In this document: positions 27,030 through 35,949 of the stretch, piece after piece
Numbering within the stretch: position 1 is the stretch's first letter
Layout of the letters: every line of letters begins with the position of its first letter
Assembly (NCBI GenBank): GCA_016204355.1
Contig: JACQKT010000016.1
Span: forward strand, 47,269 to 111,268
Direction: 5' to 3'
DNA: 64,000 nt
DNA from: Candidatus Liptonbacteria bacterium
GTDB taxonomy: Bacteria; Patescibacteriota; Minisyncoccia; UBA6257; 2-01-FULL-56-20
Made by a program: the position numbers and the translations under genes
The notes under the pieces: model-generated
The model's input: the letters and a program-made list of their open reading frames with translations, nothing else
Told to the model about the DNA's origin: nothing
The model's database searches: none

Positions 27030-27872
27030 TTACTGCGTTGTGCTCGAGGCGGTAGATGTCGGATTCGGGTTGTATGCGCCGATGTAATACGGCAATGCGT
27101 ATTTTTGCGCTTCGGTGAGGGATTGGTAGCTGTTGCGGGTGTCGCCACGGGCAACATCTGAACTTAAAAGAATCTCTTGCGGATAAGCGGCTTGTAGTTG
27201 CTTGACTCTCGAATCGTTCTCAGCCAATTCTCGCAATTGAGCGTTTGATAAGTTAGGATTGACACTGATTAGCTTGGTCACGCGCGGAAAAGAATTGACG
27301 TGATACCTGTTTTCTTTTTCGCTGTATCTTGTCGGCAAAAGGTAGGTCACTCCTGGCTGGAGCATATAACCAGCTTCAGGATGGTCAGCCGGAACCAAAA
27401 GATCGCCGTAGTTTATTCCGCCTACTACATATAAAACACCGTCTATGTATCCCCCTGTCTGACTAACAATAATAATGCCTCGTGCGCTTCCCTTGATATT
27501 GTAGGCAACCTCCGCTTCAAAATATGTTTGTGGGCGAAGCGCACCTGAGGGTGTGTCGATTTGTTTTATAATCTTCGCTACGAATACGTTATGCGATCCT
27601 CCGACTAATATTCTGTCGTTTGAAAAATCCGCCGCCCATTCATTGTGAATTTCTCTTATAACCAACGGCCCGCTTTTTTCAGCTCCATTCGTGGTTGTTG
27701 CACCTTGCGTAACACCAGATATTTCATCGGACGATTGTGTTACTTTTTCAGTAACAGCAGGAATACTCACGATAATGTCTGGTTCCGAAATTCTGTAGAA
27801 GTAAAAATAGACACTGGTGCCAATAACCACAAGCACGACAATACTTCCTACCAATAAACTTAATTTAGTCAT
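27030..27872 (-). CDS. Hypothetical secreted/membrane-anchored protein
   Basis: N-terminal TM anchor, Thr/Ser-rich linker, C-terminal PNPTSTASSTTQ; no identifiable domain. Confidence 0.4.
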   Translation of the reverse strand: MTKLSLLVGSIVVLVVIGTSVYFYFYRISEPDIIVSIPAVTEKVTQSSDEISGVTQGATTTNGAEKSGPLVIREIHNEWAADFSNDRILVGGSHNVFVAKIIKQIDTPSGALRPQTYFEAEVAYNIKGSARGIIIVSQTGGYIDGVLYVVGGINYGDLLVPADHPEAGYMLQPGVTYLLPTRYSEKENRYHVNSFPRVTKLISVNPNLSNAQLRELAENDSRVKQLQAAYPQEILLSSDVARGDTRNSYQSLTEAQKYALPYYIGAYNPNPTSTASSTTQ

Positions 27873-27920
27873 GTTTACGTTGTATTAACATTTTGCGTTA
27901 TTATTTTCGACTTTTGAAAT

Positions 27921-28118
27921 CTATGGCCAGAAATAGTTAAAATCTTCTATATCACGATTACCAAGCCAAGTTTGCGTAGTTTGTATGTAATACATAACGT
28001 TACTTATTATACTATGCGCCAAACCCAATGCATGTCCAAGCTCATGAGCAAAAGTATTCTGCGTTGATGAGCCGCCTGATTGGTTAATCGTGTAAAGTAC
28101 CCATACTGCGCGGCCCAT
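27921..28118 (-). pseudogene. Remnant of a matrixin/metzincin zinc metalloprotease (C-terminal 65 aa only)
   Basis: HELGHALGLAHS (HExxHxxGxxH) + Met-turn SNVMYY + LGNRDIEDFNYFWP. The in-frame upstream sequence hits a stop after 18 codons with no protease N-terminal half. Confidence 0.45.
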
Positions 28119-28179
28119 TTGCTGCGAAAAAGTAATTGATTTTAAATAGAACTGATGCGATAATTGGCTTTATCCAAGC

Positions 28180-29097
28180 ATGAGAAAATTACTCATAAAA
28201 CCATATGTTTTTCTGAGAAACCTTTTCAGAGGAAGAGGTTTATCGAGAATAAAGTTTTTGAAGAATATCAATCTCGCGGCGGACAAGTTTCTTAGGGGCA
28301 AGACCGAAGAATTCATGATGAAAAGAGGCGGGAAAATGTACATGGACCCGTTCGGTTATCTGAGCGAGAGATTTCAGGAATACGAGCCGTACGAAAGCGA
28401 CCTTATCGAGTCGCTTCTTAAGGAGGGCGACACATTCGTGGACATTGGCGCGTCAATCGGCTGGTACACGCTCATCGGCGCGAATAAAGTCGGTCCTTCG
28501 GGGAAAGTTTACGCTTTTGAGCCCGACCCGAGGAGTTCCGCCCTTCTTCGAAAAAACGTTGACGCGAACGATTACAAAAACGTCACAGTAGTTGAAAAAG
28601 CCGTTTCCGAAAAAGTCGGCGAGCATGAAATATTTTTAAGGGAAGAAAAATGGGGGAATAATTCTTTTTTCAATCCGATGCAGGACCCGGAAACTTTGGT
28701 GCTTCCTTTCGTAAGGGGCAATTCACCCGAAGGATACGCGAAAGAGACCAGCGTTAAGACGGTTTCGCTCGACGATTATTTCAAGGATACGCGCATAGAT
28801 TTGATGAAAATCGACACCGAAGGAGCGGAAAATCTCGCCTTGAAGGGAGGAAAGGGAGTTTTTACGAAAAACAGGAACATAACCGTAATCTGCGAATATA
28901 TCCCGTTCATAATGGAAGCCACCGGTGGCAAAGGCGAACACGAAAGATTTCTGCGCGGTTTCGAGGAACTTGGTTTTTCCATTCAGGACCTTGATGAGCA
29001 CGAAAAACGCCTGGTGCCTGTTTCCGTAGAAGAAGTTCTTGAGAAATATACAGCTGGGAAACGCAACGGCACGAATCTGCTTTTCAAGCGCGCCTAG
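28180..29097 (+). CDS. FkbM-family SAM-dependent methyltransferase
   Basis: VDIGASIGWYT...VYAFEPDP...MKIDTEGAE pattern of TIGR01444. Confidence 0.65.
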   Translation: MRKLLIKPYVFLRNLFRGRGLSRIKFLKNINLAADKFLRGKTEEFMMKRGGKMYMDPFGYLSERFQEYEPYESDLIESLLKEGDTFVDIGASIGWYTLIGANKVGPSGKVYAFEPDPRSSALLRKNVDANDYKNVTVVEKAVSEKVGEHEIFLREEKWGNNSFFNPMQDPETLVLPFVRGNSPEGYAKETSVKTVSLDDYFKDTRIDLMKIDTEGAENLALKGGKGVFTKNRNITVICEYIPFIMEATGGKGEHERFLRGFEELGFSIQDLDEHEKRLVPVSVEEVLEKYTAGKRNGTNLLFKRA

Positions 29098-29122
29098 TGC
29101 GTTGTGTACCGGCGACAAAGAC

Positions 29123-30349
29123 GTGGAGAAAAAACCCCTTAAAATTGGAATAGTTCACCTCGACCTTTCCCATCCAATGGGTGATACGTATTCGGTTGCC
29201 TGCATAGCGCAAGGTTTAAGACGGCTTGGGCACGAGGTCTCGGTGTGGACACCGGTGTTCGATGCCGGGCCGTTCGCCGACAAGTGGAAAGGACTTGAGC
29301 TGAAAATAATCCCTTCGGACAAGCCTTTAAGCAAAGTTCTCGAATACATAAATTCGCCGAACCCGCTAAAGAAAATCATCGGGAGATTGAAAGTGCGCCG
29401 CTGGTCCGACGCTTCGGCGCGCGCGATTGCCGCAACACTGCCGGCGAACCTCGACGTTCTCGACTGCCACAACTGGTACGCGTACCGCGCCGCAAAATAT
29501 TACCGGTCGCGCAATCCGTCGTGCAGGATAGTCTGGATAATGCATGATATGCCCTCCAATTACAGGGCGAAAAAAAATCCGGTAACGAATATTTTAAGCT
29601 GGCTTGCGTTCAAACTGGAACCGTTGGCGGAAAAAGATTACTACCGTTACGTCGACGAAGTTATAGTAATGGACAAACACAGCATTCCGATCGCCGCGCA
29701 GTGCGGCAAGCCGGTGGCACTCTTATATCTCGGACTCGATTATCCGCATTTCGAACAGCCTGTAAAAATACGCGACGAATTTAAAAAGGGGCAGGTCACG
29801 CTTCTCGGTGTCGGCGCTTTGAGCCCGTATCGGAGATACGAAGACATCGTTTCTGCGGTTTCCATCCTTCGGAAAAATGGAATAAAGGCGAGCGCGATGA
29901 TTGTGTGCCGCGACGCCTGGGGGAATCCCGGCTACCGAAAATCATTCGACGAATTTGTTGAATCATCGAACGCGGCGCCGTACATTACCATCAATTACGA
30001 AGGCGTGAGCGCGGAGGGGCTGCTCGAAACTTTTCGCGCCACGGATATTTTCGTTTTTCCGAACGACATAGAAATATGGGGGATGGCGGCGTTCGAGGCG
30101 ATGGCGGCGGGAATGCCTTTGATAGTTTCGAACGTGACGAGCGCGGCGATGTACCTGAAAGAAAGGAACGGGGCGGCGCTTTTCGTCGACCCGCGCAGGC
30201 CGGAGCAAATAGCGGCAGCGGCGGAAAAACTGATAAATGACCGCGAACTTTATCTCAAAATGGCGAAGGACGGCCAGAAATTCGTAAAAGAAAACTTGAG
30301 TTGGGGCGCTTACGCAAAAGGTTTTCTCGATGCTGCTTTCAAAAAATAA
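29123..30349 (+). CDS. Glycosyltransferase family 4 (GT-B)
   Basis: LKIGIVHLD start region (GTG 29123 or ATG 29176; the ORF opens at 29039, overlapping the upstream gene); FEAMAAGMPLIVSN; paralog of the GT4 at 19.1 kb (SRNPSCR-VW motif shared). Confidence 0.7.
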   Translation: MEKKPLKIGIVHLDLSHPMGDTYSVACIAQGLRRLGHEVSVWTPVFDAGPFADKWKGLELKIIPSDKPLSKVLEYINSPNPLKKIIGRLKVRRWSDASARAIAATLPANLDVLDCHNWYAYRAAKYYRSRNPSCRIVWIMHDMPSNYRAKKNPVTNILSWLAFKLEPLAEKDYYRYVDEVIVMDKHSIPIAAQCGKPVALLYLGLDYPHFEQPVKIRDEFKKGQVTLLGVGALSPYRRYEDIVSAVSILRKNGIKASAMIVCRDAWGNPGYRKSFDEFVESSNAAPYITINYEGVSAEGLLETFRATDIFVFPNDIEIWGMAAFEAMAAGMPLIVSNVTSAAMYLKERNGAALFVDPRRPEQIAAAAEKLINDRELYLKMAKDGQKFVKENLSWGAYAKGFLDAAFKK

Positions 30350-30358
30350 CCCACATTC

Positions 30359-31414
30359 ATGCGCATAATTTACACCGGCATCCAATATTCGTTCTACAAA
30401 AAAGAAGCGGGGTTGAGCTTCGAACACAACAATTTTTATTTGAGCCTCAAAGACTTTCCGGGGGTAGAGATAAAGTATTTTCCGTTCGACAGGATTCTCG
30501 AAGTGGGCAAGAAAAAATTCAACGAGGAACTTTTTGAAGCCGCAAAATCATGGCAGCCGGATTTGCTTTTCGTGTTCATGCTTACGGATGAGGTAAGCAA
30601 GGAAACTCTTTCCAAGATTAGGCGCGAAACGCAAACGAAAACGCTGGCTTGGTTTTCGGACGACACTTGGAGATTTTGGAGTTATTCAAAGCATTGGGCG
30701 CCGTTTTTCGACTGGGTTGTGACCGTTTACGACGAGCCGTTCGAGTGGTATCAAAAACTCGGATTCAAAAACGTAATAAAGTCCTGCTGGGCGGCGAATA
30801 CGAAGCTTTATAAACCGTCAGCAGACGAATTGCCGACGACAGACGTGAGCCTCGTCGGTTCCTGGAACAAGGGTCGGAAGAGAGTTATCGATGCGTTGAG
30901 AAAGGCGGGAGTGAAAGTTTCCGTATATGGCGCGGGTTGGGGCGAAGGAAGAATTTCCGAAGAAGGCATGATAAAACTTTTCGGGAGCAGCAAAATAAAT
31001 CTTGGCCTTAACCAGCCGAACATGGATTATTCGGCAAAGTCGCTCGGCAAACTTTTTTTCAGAAGGAGCGTTCACAGAATAGTGCCGGATTTTTGGCATT
31101 TCCCGCGAAACCTCCATTCTTTTTTGGTCGGCAGGAAAATTTCGCAAATAAAGGCAAGGGTTTTCGAGATACCGGCTTGCGGAGGATTTCTTCTAACGGG
31201 ACACGCAAAAGGCCTGGAGCGTTATTACGAAACGGGGAAAGAAATAGCGGTTTACAAAAACGAAGAAGAAATTCCGGAAATCGTCAAATACTATCTGGTT
31301 CATGAGGAAGAAAGAAAAAAAATCGCCCGCGCCGGATATGAACGGACAATCCGCGACCATGTTTACGAGAAAAGGTTCGACGAGATATTTAGTAAAATTG
31401 GTTTAAAGTTTTAG
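30359..31414 (+). CDS. CgeB-family glycosyltransferase (DUF3880 + Glycos_transf_1_2-like)
   Basis: C-terminal KARVFEIPACGGFLLT typical of CgeB-like GTs. Confidence 0.55.
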   Translation: MRIIYTGIQYSFYKKEAGLSFEHNNFYLSLKDFPGVEIKYFPFDRILEVGKKKFNEELFEAAKSWQPDLLFVFMLTDEVSKETLSKIRRETQTKTLAWFSDDTWRFWSYSKHWAPFFDWVVTVYDEPFEWYQKLGFKNVIKSCWAANTKLYKPSADELPTTDVSLVGSWNKGRKRVIDALRKAGVKVSVYGAGWGEGRISEEGMIKLFGSSKINLGLNQPNMDYSAKSLGKLFFRRSVHRIVPDFWHFPRNLHSFLVGRKISQIKARVFEIPACGGFLLTGHAKGLERYYETGKEIAVYKNEEEIPEIVKYYLVHEEERKKIARAGYERTIRDHVYEKRFDEIFSKIGLKF

Positions 31415-31463
31415 GTGTGGCCACCAGTACTCAAGACCGGCGCCTAAAACTAAACCCAAACCC
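31408..31463 (+). repeat. Intercistronic hairpin repeat, copy 2 (full; overlaps the upstream stop, abuts the downstream ATG)
   Basis: TTTTAGGTGTGGCC...ACCGGCGCCTAAAACTAAACCCAAACCC-ATG. Confidence 0.7.
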
Positions 31464-32426
31464 ATGACCAAACCCCTTGTTTCAATATTAATACCGGCAT
31501 ACAACGCGGAAAAATATGTTAAAGCCGCCGTAGACTCCGCGCTCGGTCAAACCTATCCCAATATAGAAGTAATAATCGTCAACGACGGCTCGACGGACGG
31601 CACCGCGGGCGTCGTAAGGCCTTATCTTGAAGACAAAAGAATTGTTTACTTCGAACAGCCCAACGGCGGAATTTCGAAGGCAAGAAACAAGGCATTCGAA
31701 CTTTCTCGCGGAGATTACATAACGTTTCTCGATGCCGATGACATTGACGCTCCGGCGAAAGTCAAAGAGGAAATGAATTTTTTCGAAGCCAATCCGGAAT
31801 GTGGAGTCGTCTATTGCCGCGTCTTGAGTTTTTACGACGACGCTCCCGGGAAAATGTACGAATACGGTAGACATATGCCAAGCGGCGATATTTTTAGACA
31901 GCTTTTACGCCATCAGTTCATCAATCCCGGTTCGGTAATGCTCCGGCGGGAAATTTTTGCATCCGAAAAAGGCTTCAATCCGGAGTTCCGCGATGCCGAA
32001 GACTGGGATTTGTGGAGGCGCTTGGCTTACCGTGGCGTAAAATTCGGCTTCATAGACAAACCGCTTCACTATAATCGCATAACCAAAAAAAGCCTGTCCG
32101 GTTTTCACAATCAGGCGAAAATGAAAAGCATGAATCTAAGAAGTTTTCGGGAGCTTTTCGGAAAAATGACGAAAGCCGAAAGAAAAAAATACGGCGCCCG
32201 GAAAATCATTCGCTTGCTGAAAATAAAGCTTGCTATTGCTCATCTTCTGCTTGAAGAAAAAAAAGAAGCACTCGCCATTTTTAAAGACGCCCTTAAGAAC
32301 AATTGGTGGGTGGTTTTTTATCCGTTAATAGTTTTCTTGATTCTTCTAATTCCCAGAAAATTGATTTCTGCGGTAATAAAGTTCTTTTGGCAACTGAAAC
32401 ACAGGATGTTATTCTATCAGCAATGA
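31464..32426 (+). CDS. Glycosyltransferase family 2
   Basis: VSILIPAYNAEKYV...IVNDGSTDGT...FLDADD. Confidence 0.8.
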   Translation: MTKPLVSILIPAYNAEKYVKAAVDSALGQTYPNIEVIIVNDGSTDGTAGVVRPYLEDKRIVYFEQPNGGISKARNKAFELSRGDYITFLDADDIDAPAKVKEEMNFFEANPECGVVYCRVLSFYDDAPGKMYEYGRHMPSGDIFRQLLRHQFINPGSVMLRREIFASEKGFNPEFRDAEDWDLWRRLAYRGVKFGFIDKPLHYNRITKKSLSGFHNQAKMKSMNLRSFRELFGKMTKAERKKYGARKIIRLLKIKLAIAHLLLEEKKEALAIFKDALKNNWWVVFYPLIVFLILLIPRKLISAVIKFFWQLKHRMLFYQQ

Positions 32427-33475
32427 AAAAGGAAAAGATTTTGATAACCGGAGGAGCTGGATTTATAGGAAGCCATACGGCGGACGCCTTAACTAAAAGA
32501 GGATATTCGATAGTCATTTTGGACAACCTCCAGCCGCCGGTTCACAACGGACGCTGGCCCAACTATCTTCTTAATAAAGGGTACAAACTGATACGCGGGG
32601 ATGTCAGAAAGAGAGAAGATTGGTTGAAGGCGTTTAAAGGCGTTTCGTACGTTTACCATCTCGCCGCCTATCAGGACCAGCGTCCGGATTTTAGCAAATT
32701 TTTCCATACGAACACGGTTAGTTCGGCGCTGCTTTACGAGTTGATTCTAGAAAAAAAATTGGAGGTAAAAAAAGTAATTCTTGCCAGCACGCAGTTCGCA
32801 TACGGCGACGGAATATATCAGTGCAAACATGACAAAAAATTGTTTTTCCCCGAACCGCGGACCGAAAAGCAGTTTAAATCGAAAAAGTTCGACATTCTCT
32901 GCAAGCACGGGAAACCGGCAAAGTTTTTCCCATTTAAAGAAGACCAGCAGCTAACCCCGACAAATTCCTATGGCCTTTCGAAAGAGGCAATAGAACGTCT
33001 GGCATTGAGATTCGGAAAGACATACGGGATTCCCACTACTCTTTTGAGATATTCCATAGTTCAGGGGCCGCGACAGTCTCCTCGGAATCTTTATTCCGGA
33101 GCGCTTCGCATATTCGTGACACAGGCATTGGCAAAAAAACCTATTACGGTTTATGAAGACGGGAACGAGACGCGCGATTTTGTAAACATTGAGGATGTCG
33201 TTTCGGCGAACATCCTTTGCCTGAAGAATAAAAAAACCGACTTCGAGATTTTCAATGTCGGCGGCGGAAAAGCACACAAAGTCATCGACTTCGCAAAAGC
33301 GGTTAAAAAAATAACCGGCTCCCCATCGCCCATTGTGGTCGGAGGATTCAGGCGGACTGACACGCGCCACGCGGTATCAGGCGTATCAAAACTCAAAAAG
33401 CTCGGCTGGCGGCCTAAATTCGGGATAGAAAAATCTGTGCGCGATTACGCCGCGTGGTACAAAGAAAATTTTTGA
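32423..33475 (+). CDS. NAD-dependent epimerase/dehydratase (UDP-sugar 4-epimerase/4,6-dehydratase-like SDR)
   Basis: Start at MKKEKILITGGAGFIGSH (ATGA overlap with the GT2 stop); YGLSK YxxxK. Confidence 0.7.
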   Translation: MKKEKILITGGAGFIGSHTADALTKRGYSIVILDNLQPPVHNGRWPNYLLNKGYKLIRGDVRKREDWLKAFKGVSYVYHLAAYQDQRPDFSKFFHTNTVSSALLYELILEKKLEVKKVILASTQFAYGDGIYQCKHDKKLFFPEPRTEKQFKSKKFDILCKHGKPAKFFPFKEDQQLTPTNSYGLSKEAIERLALRFGKTYGIPTTLLRYSIVQGPRQSPRNLYSGALRIFVTQALAKKPITVYEDGNETRDFVNIEDVVSANILCLKNKKTDFEIFNVGGGKAHKVIDFAKAVKKITGSPSPIVVGGFRRTDTRHAVSGVSKLKKLGWRPKFGIEKSVRDYAAWYKENF

Positions 33476-33487
33476 TACGGCATTAAA

Positions 33488-34114
33488 ATGTTAACGAAGT
33501 TGAGCCTTCTTGTAAGGGGCATTCTTACTTTCAAAGACTGGCATCTTTGGGTTTTGGACAGATTCAAATTGCTCGATAAAAGCGTGCCGAGATTGTTCCG
33601 CCTACGGAACGGCATTTCTTTTCTTTTGGTTCAGGAGGGGGAAATCGAACAGGGATTCGGTTCGTTTCAAGAAATTTTTATAGAGGACAGATACAACAAA
33701 TACTATAAATTAAAACCTGGTGATACCGTTTTAGACATCGGTTCCGGGATAGGAGAGTTCCTGGTTTATTCCGCAAAGCGTGGAGCAAAAGCGACCGGTT
33801 ACGAGACAATCGAGAAAAGGCTTCTTCTAAGCAAAGTAAATCTTTCGATAAACAAGTGCAATGCGGAAGTTTCCCTCAAAAAGGTAACTTCGCTGGACGA
33901 TATAGCCGGGGCGGACTTTCTCAAGATGGACATAGAAGGAGGAGAATTCGAAGTTTTCAAGAACACAAAAGATTTGAGGAAGTTCAGGAATATTGCTATG
34001 GAATTCCATGCTTCGCCGGAACATATTGAAGAAAAACTGAAGGCGCATGGGTTTGGTGTGAAAACGGAGTATGTCGGCGAGAAATGCGGGTATTTATATG
34101 CGATCCGTAAGTGA
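33488..34114 (+). CDS. FkbM-family SAM-dependent methyltransferase (second copy)
   Basis: VLDIGSGIGEF...ATGYE...DFLKMDIEGGEFEV. Confidence 0.65.
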   Translation: MLTKLSLLVRGILTFKDWHLWVLDRFKLLDKSVPRLFRLRNGISFLLVQEGEIEQGFGSFQEIFIEDRYNKYYKLKPGDTVLDIGSGIGEFLVYSAKRGAKATGYETIEKRLLLSKVNLSINKCNAEVSLKKVTSLDDIAGADFLKMDIEGGEFEVFKNTKDLRKFRNIAMEFHASPEHIEEKLKAHGFGVKTEYVGEKCGYLYAIRK

Positions 34115-34153
34115 TTTTAAAAACTGACAGCAAACTGGATAAAATCCATTATT

Positions 34154-35761
34154 ATGCAACTTCAGTCGAAAATCAGCATTTTTCTCGAAAACAAAAGAAC
34201 GCGTTTGATTGCGCTTGTTACACTAACCACACTTTACGGAATTTTACTTGCGCAAAACATCGCCGCACCATTCTGGGGGATTCTTGATGATGAACCGGCT
34301 TTATTCGGAATTGCGGCTAAAAGCTGGATAGTACATTCTCCGATGGCATTCGGCTTCGGGCTATGGCTTCCTGAATGGATATGGGGTGGAAACGGATATT
34401 TTTTCCATCATCCCCAATTCATCGGTATTCCTCTCTATTTGTCGTATTTGTTTTTCGGCGTCGGTGAATGGCAGACGCGGCTTCCAGCGATACTATTTTC
34501 CCTTCTTTCGCTTGTCGTGTTCTGGTTTTTGATCGAACGCGCATTCCGCAATCATTTTTTGACGCTCACCGCGTCTTTCTTTTTAGCGCTTTTCCCCACT
34601 TCTGTTTTTTTCGGCAGAATGATGTCGTTTCACACAGTAGTCGGGTTCTTCACTCTTCTTTCTTTTCTTCTTTTGCTTCTTATTGAAACAGAAAAGAAAC
34701 AAAAATACGTTTGGTTTTTTCTCCTTAGCGTTATTATCGGCGGTCTTACGGACTGGACTTATTTCTTGGCCTCGTTAGCGGCCTGGATGTATATAGTTCT
34801 CAGAAAAGATATGGCTTATCGCCGCGTTTTGTTATGGACGTTGCCGCTGGCAGCGCTATTTTCCGTTGCAATAACCGCACTTCAAGTGGTTCTCTTGGGG
34901 GGCGTTGCCGCAATTTTAGAGGTGCCGAGTACTTTTATTGACCATACCACGCAATATCATGCTTCATTTATAAAACTGATTCTATTCAGGGGAGAGAATG
35001 AGGTCAGGATGTTCACTGGTATAGGCCTTGCGCTTGCCTTGGTGGGCGCCGTGTTCTTGTTTAGGAAAAAGGAACATCGGCTTTTCGCCGGAATGCTTGC
35101 TTTTCAAGGCGCGGTATATCTGGCGTTAATCGGCGGCTGGTCTTTGGCTCAAAACCACCCTTTTTGGAGTTTTCATCTGATACCTTTCATTGCCCTGGCG
35201 GCCGCCTACGCGCTTCAAAAAGTCAAACATATTGCATTTATTGCGTTGGTTGCGATTTTCATTTTTGAAAGCGGCTGGCTCGTTTACGGATTGTTCAATA
35301 CAAAGTCTTTTGAAAAAGACGATTACGCGCTTTTCAAAAAGGCCAACCGCGGAGTTCCGGCGCAAGAACCAATTTGTTCGGGCAGAGTAAATCCTTCATA
35401 CGCCCAGTCATTTGTTTTTGGTCACGATATGGAATACGGTTTGTGCGCCAATTCCCGTTATGCCGTAATGAGAAGATGGGAGCCGGCAATCGAATACGCC
35501 AAACAAATATCCTACGGCTTTGACAAACCCTTTTCTTCGAACATAAGAAAAAGCTCGCCGGAAGTCGCTCTTGTCATGGAAATAGTAAAATTATTTCCGG
35601 AATTGAAGGCGCGCGTCGCGCATCTTATAAGCGGCGGCGACGCCGACTATCGTGAGAAGATTGCAATCGCTGCAGAAGAAGCGTCTCTTAGACAGCAGCG
35701 CGGATTCACGGAAACAGAATGCTCAACCAATTTTTGTTTTTATATAATTTATATAAAATGA
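34154..35761 (+). CDS. GT-C fold membrane glycosyltransferase (PMT_2/ArnT-like, GT39/GT83 type)
   Basis: ~11 N-terminal TM helices with a DDEP first-loop acidic motif; large C-terminal extracytoplasmic domain. Confidence 0.5.
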   Translation: MQLQSKISIFLENKRTRLIALVTLTTLYGILLAQNIAAPFWGILDDEPALFGIAAKSWIVHSPMAFGFGLWLPEWIWGGNGYFFHHPQFIGIPLYLSYLFFGVGEWQTRLPAILFSLLSLVVFWFLIERAFRNHFLTLTASFFLALFPTSVFFGRMMSFHTVVGFFTLLSFLLLLLIETEKKQKYVWFFLLSVIIGGLTDWTYFLASLAAWMYIVLRKDMAYRRVLLWTLPLAALFSVAITALQVVLLGGVAAILEVPSTFIDHTTQYHASFIKLILFRGENEVRMFTGIGLALALVGAVFLFRKKEHRLFAGMLAFQGAVYLALIGGWSLAQNHPFWSFHLIPFIALAAAYALQKVKHIAFIALVAIFIFESGWLVYGLFNTKSFEKDDYALFKKANRGVPAQEPICSGRVNPSYAQSFVFGHDMEYGLCANSRYAVMRRWEPAIEYAKQISYGFDKPFSSNIRKSSPEVALVMEIVKLFPELKARVAHLISGGDADYREKIAIAAEEASLRQQRGFTETECSTNFCFYIIYIK

Positions 35762-35803
35762 GTGGTATGAAAAGAATTTTTAATTCTGATATAAAGAACT
35801 CGA

Positions 35804-35945
35804 TTCAAGTAAATAGAGCCATTCCAAGAATCAGCCACAACAGGCGGAAAACAGACATATTGTCGAACATAGCCGCCACCATAAGCCCGGTCAGGGAAGA
35901 GAGAATATAAACCAGCCATAACCTGTTTTCAACGACAGAATTTTT
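35804..35945 (-). pseudogene. C-terminal remnant of an O-antigen-ligase-family gene (paralog of the 36819-38057 gene)
   Basis: Minus-strand translation ENRLWLVYILSSLTGLMVAAMFDNMSVFRLLWLILGMALFT* aligns with the C-terminus ERLWVAYLFASLVGLFVASIFDNMSAFRLMWLILGLAAFV* of the intact ligase. Confidence 0.55.
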
Positions 35946-35949
35946 TATT

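Noticed and set aside
35719-35910. Plus-strand ORF 35719-35910 (63 aa)
   Set aside because: The opposite strand carries the recognisable O-antigen-ligase C-terminal remnant; the + ORF is its shadow.
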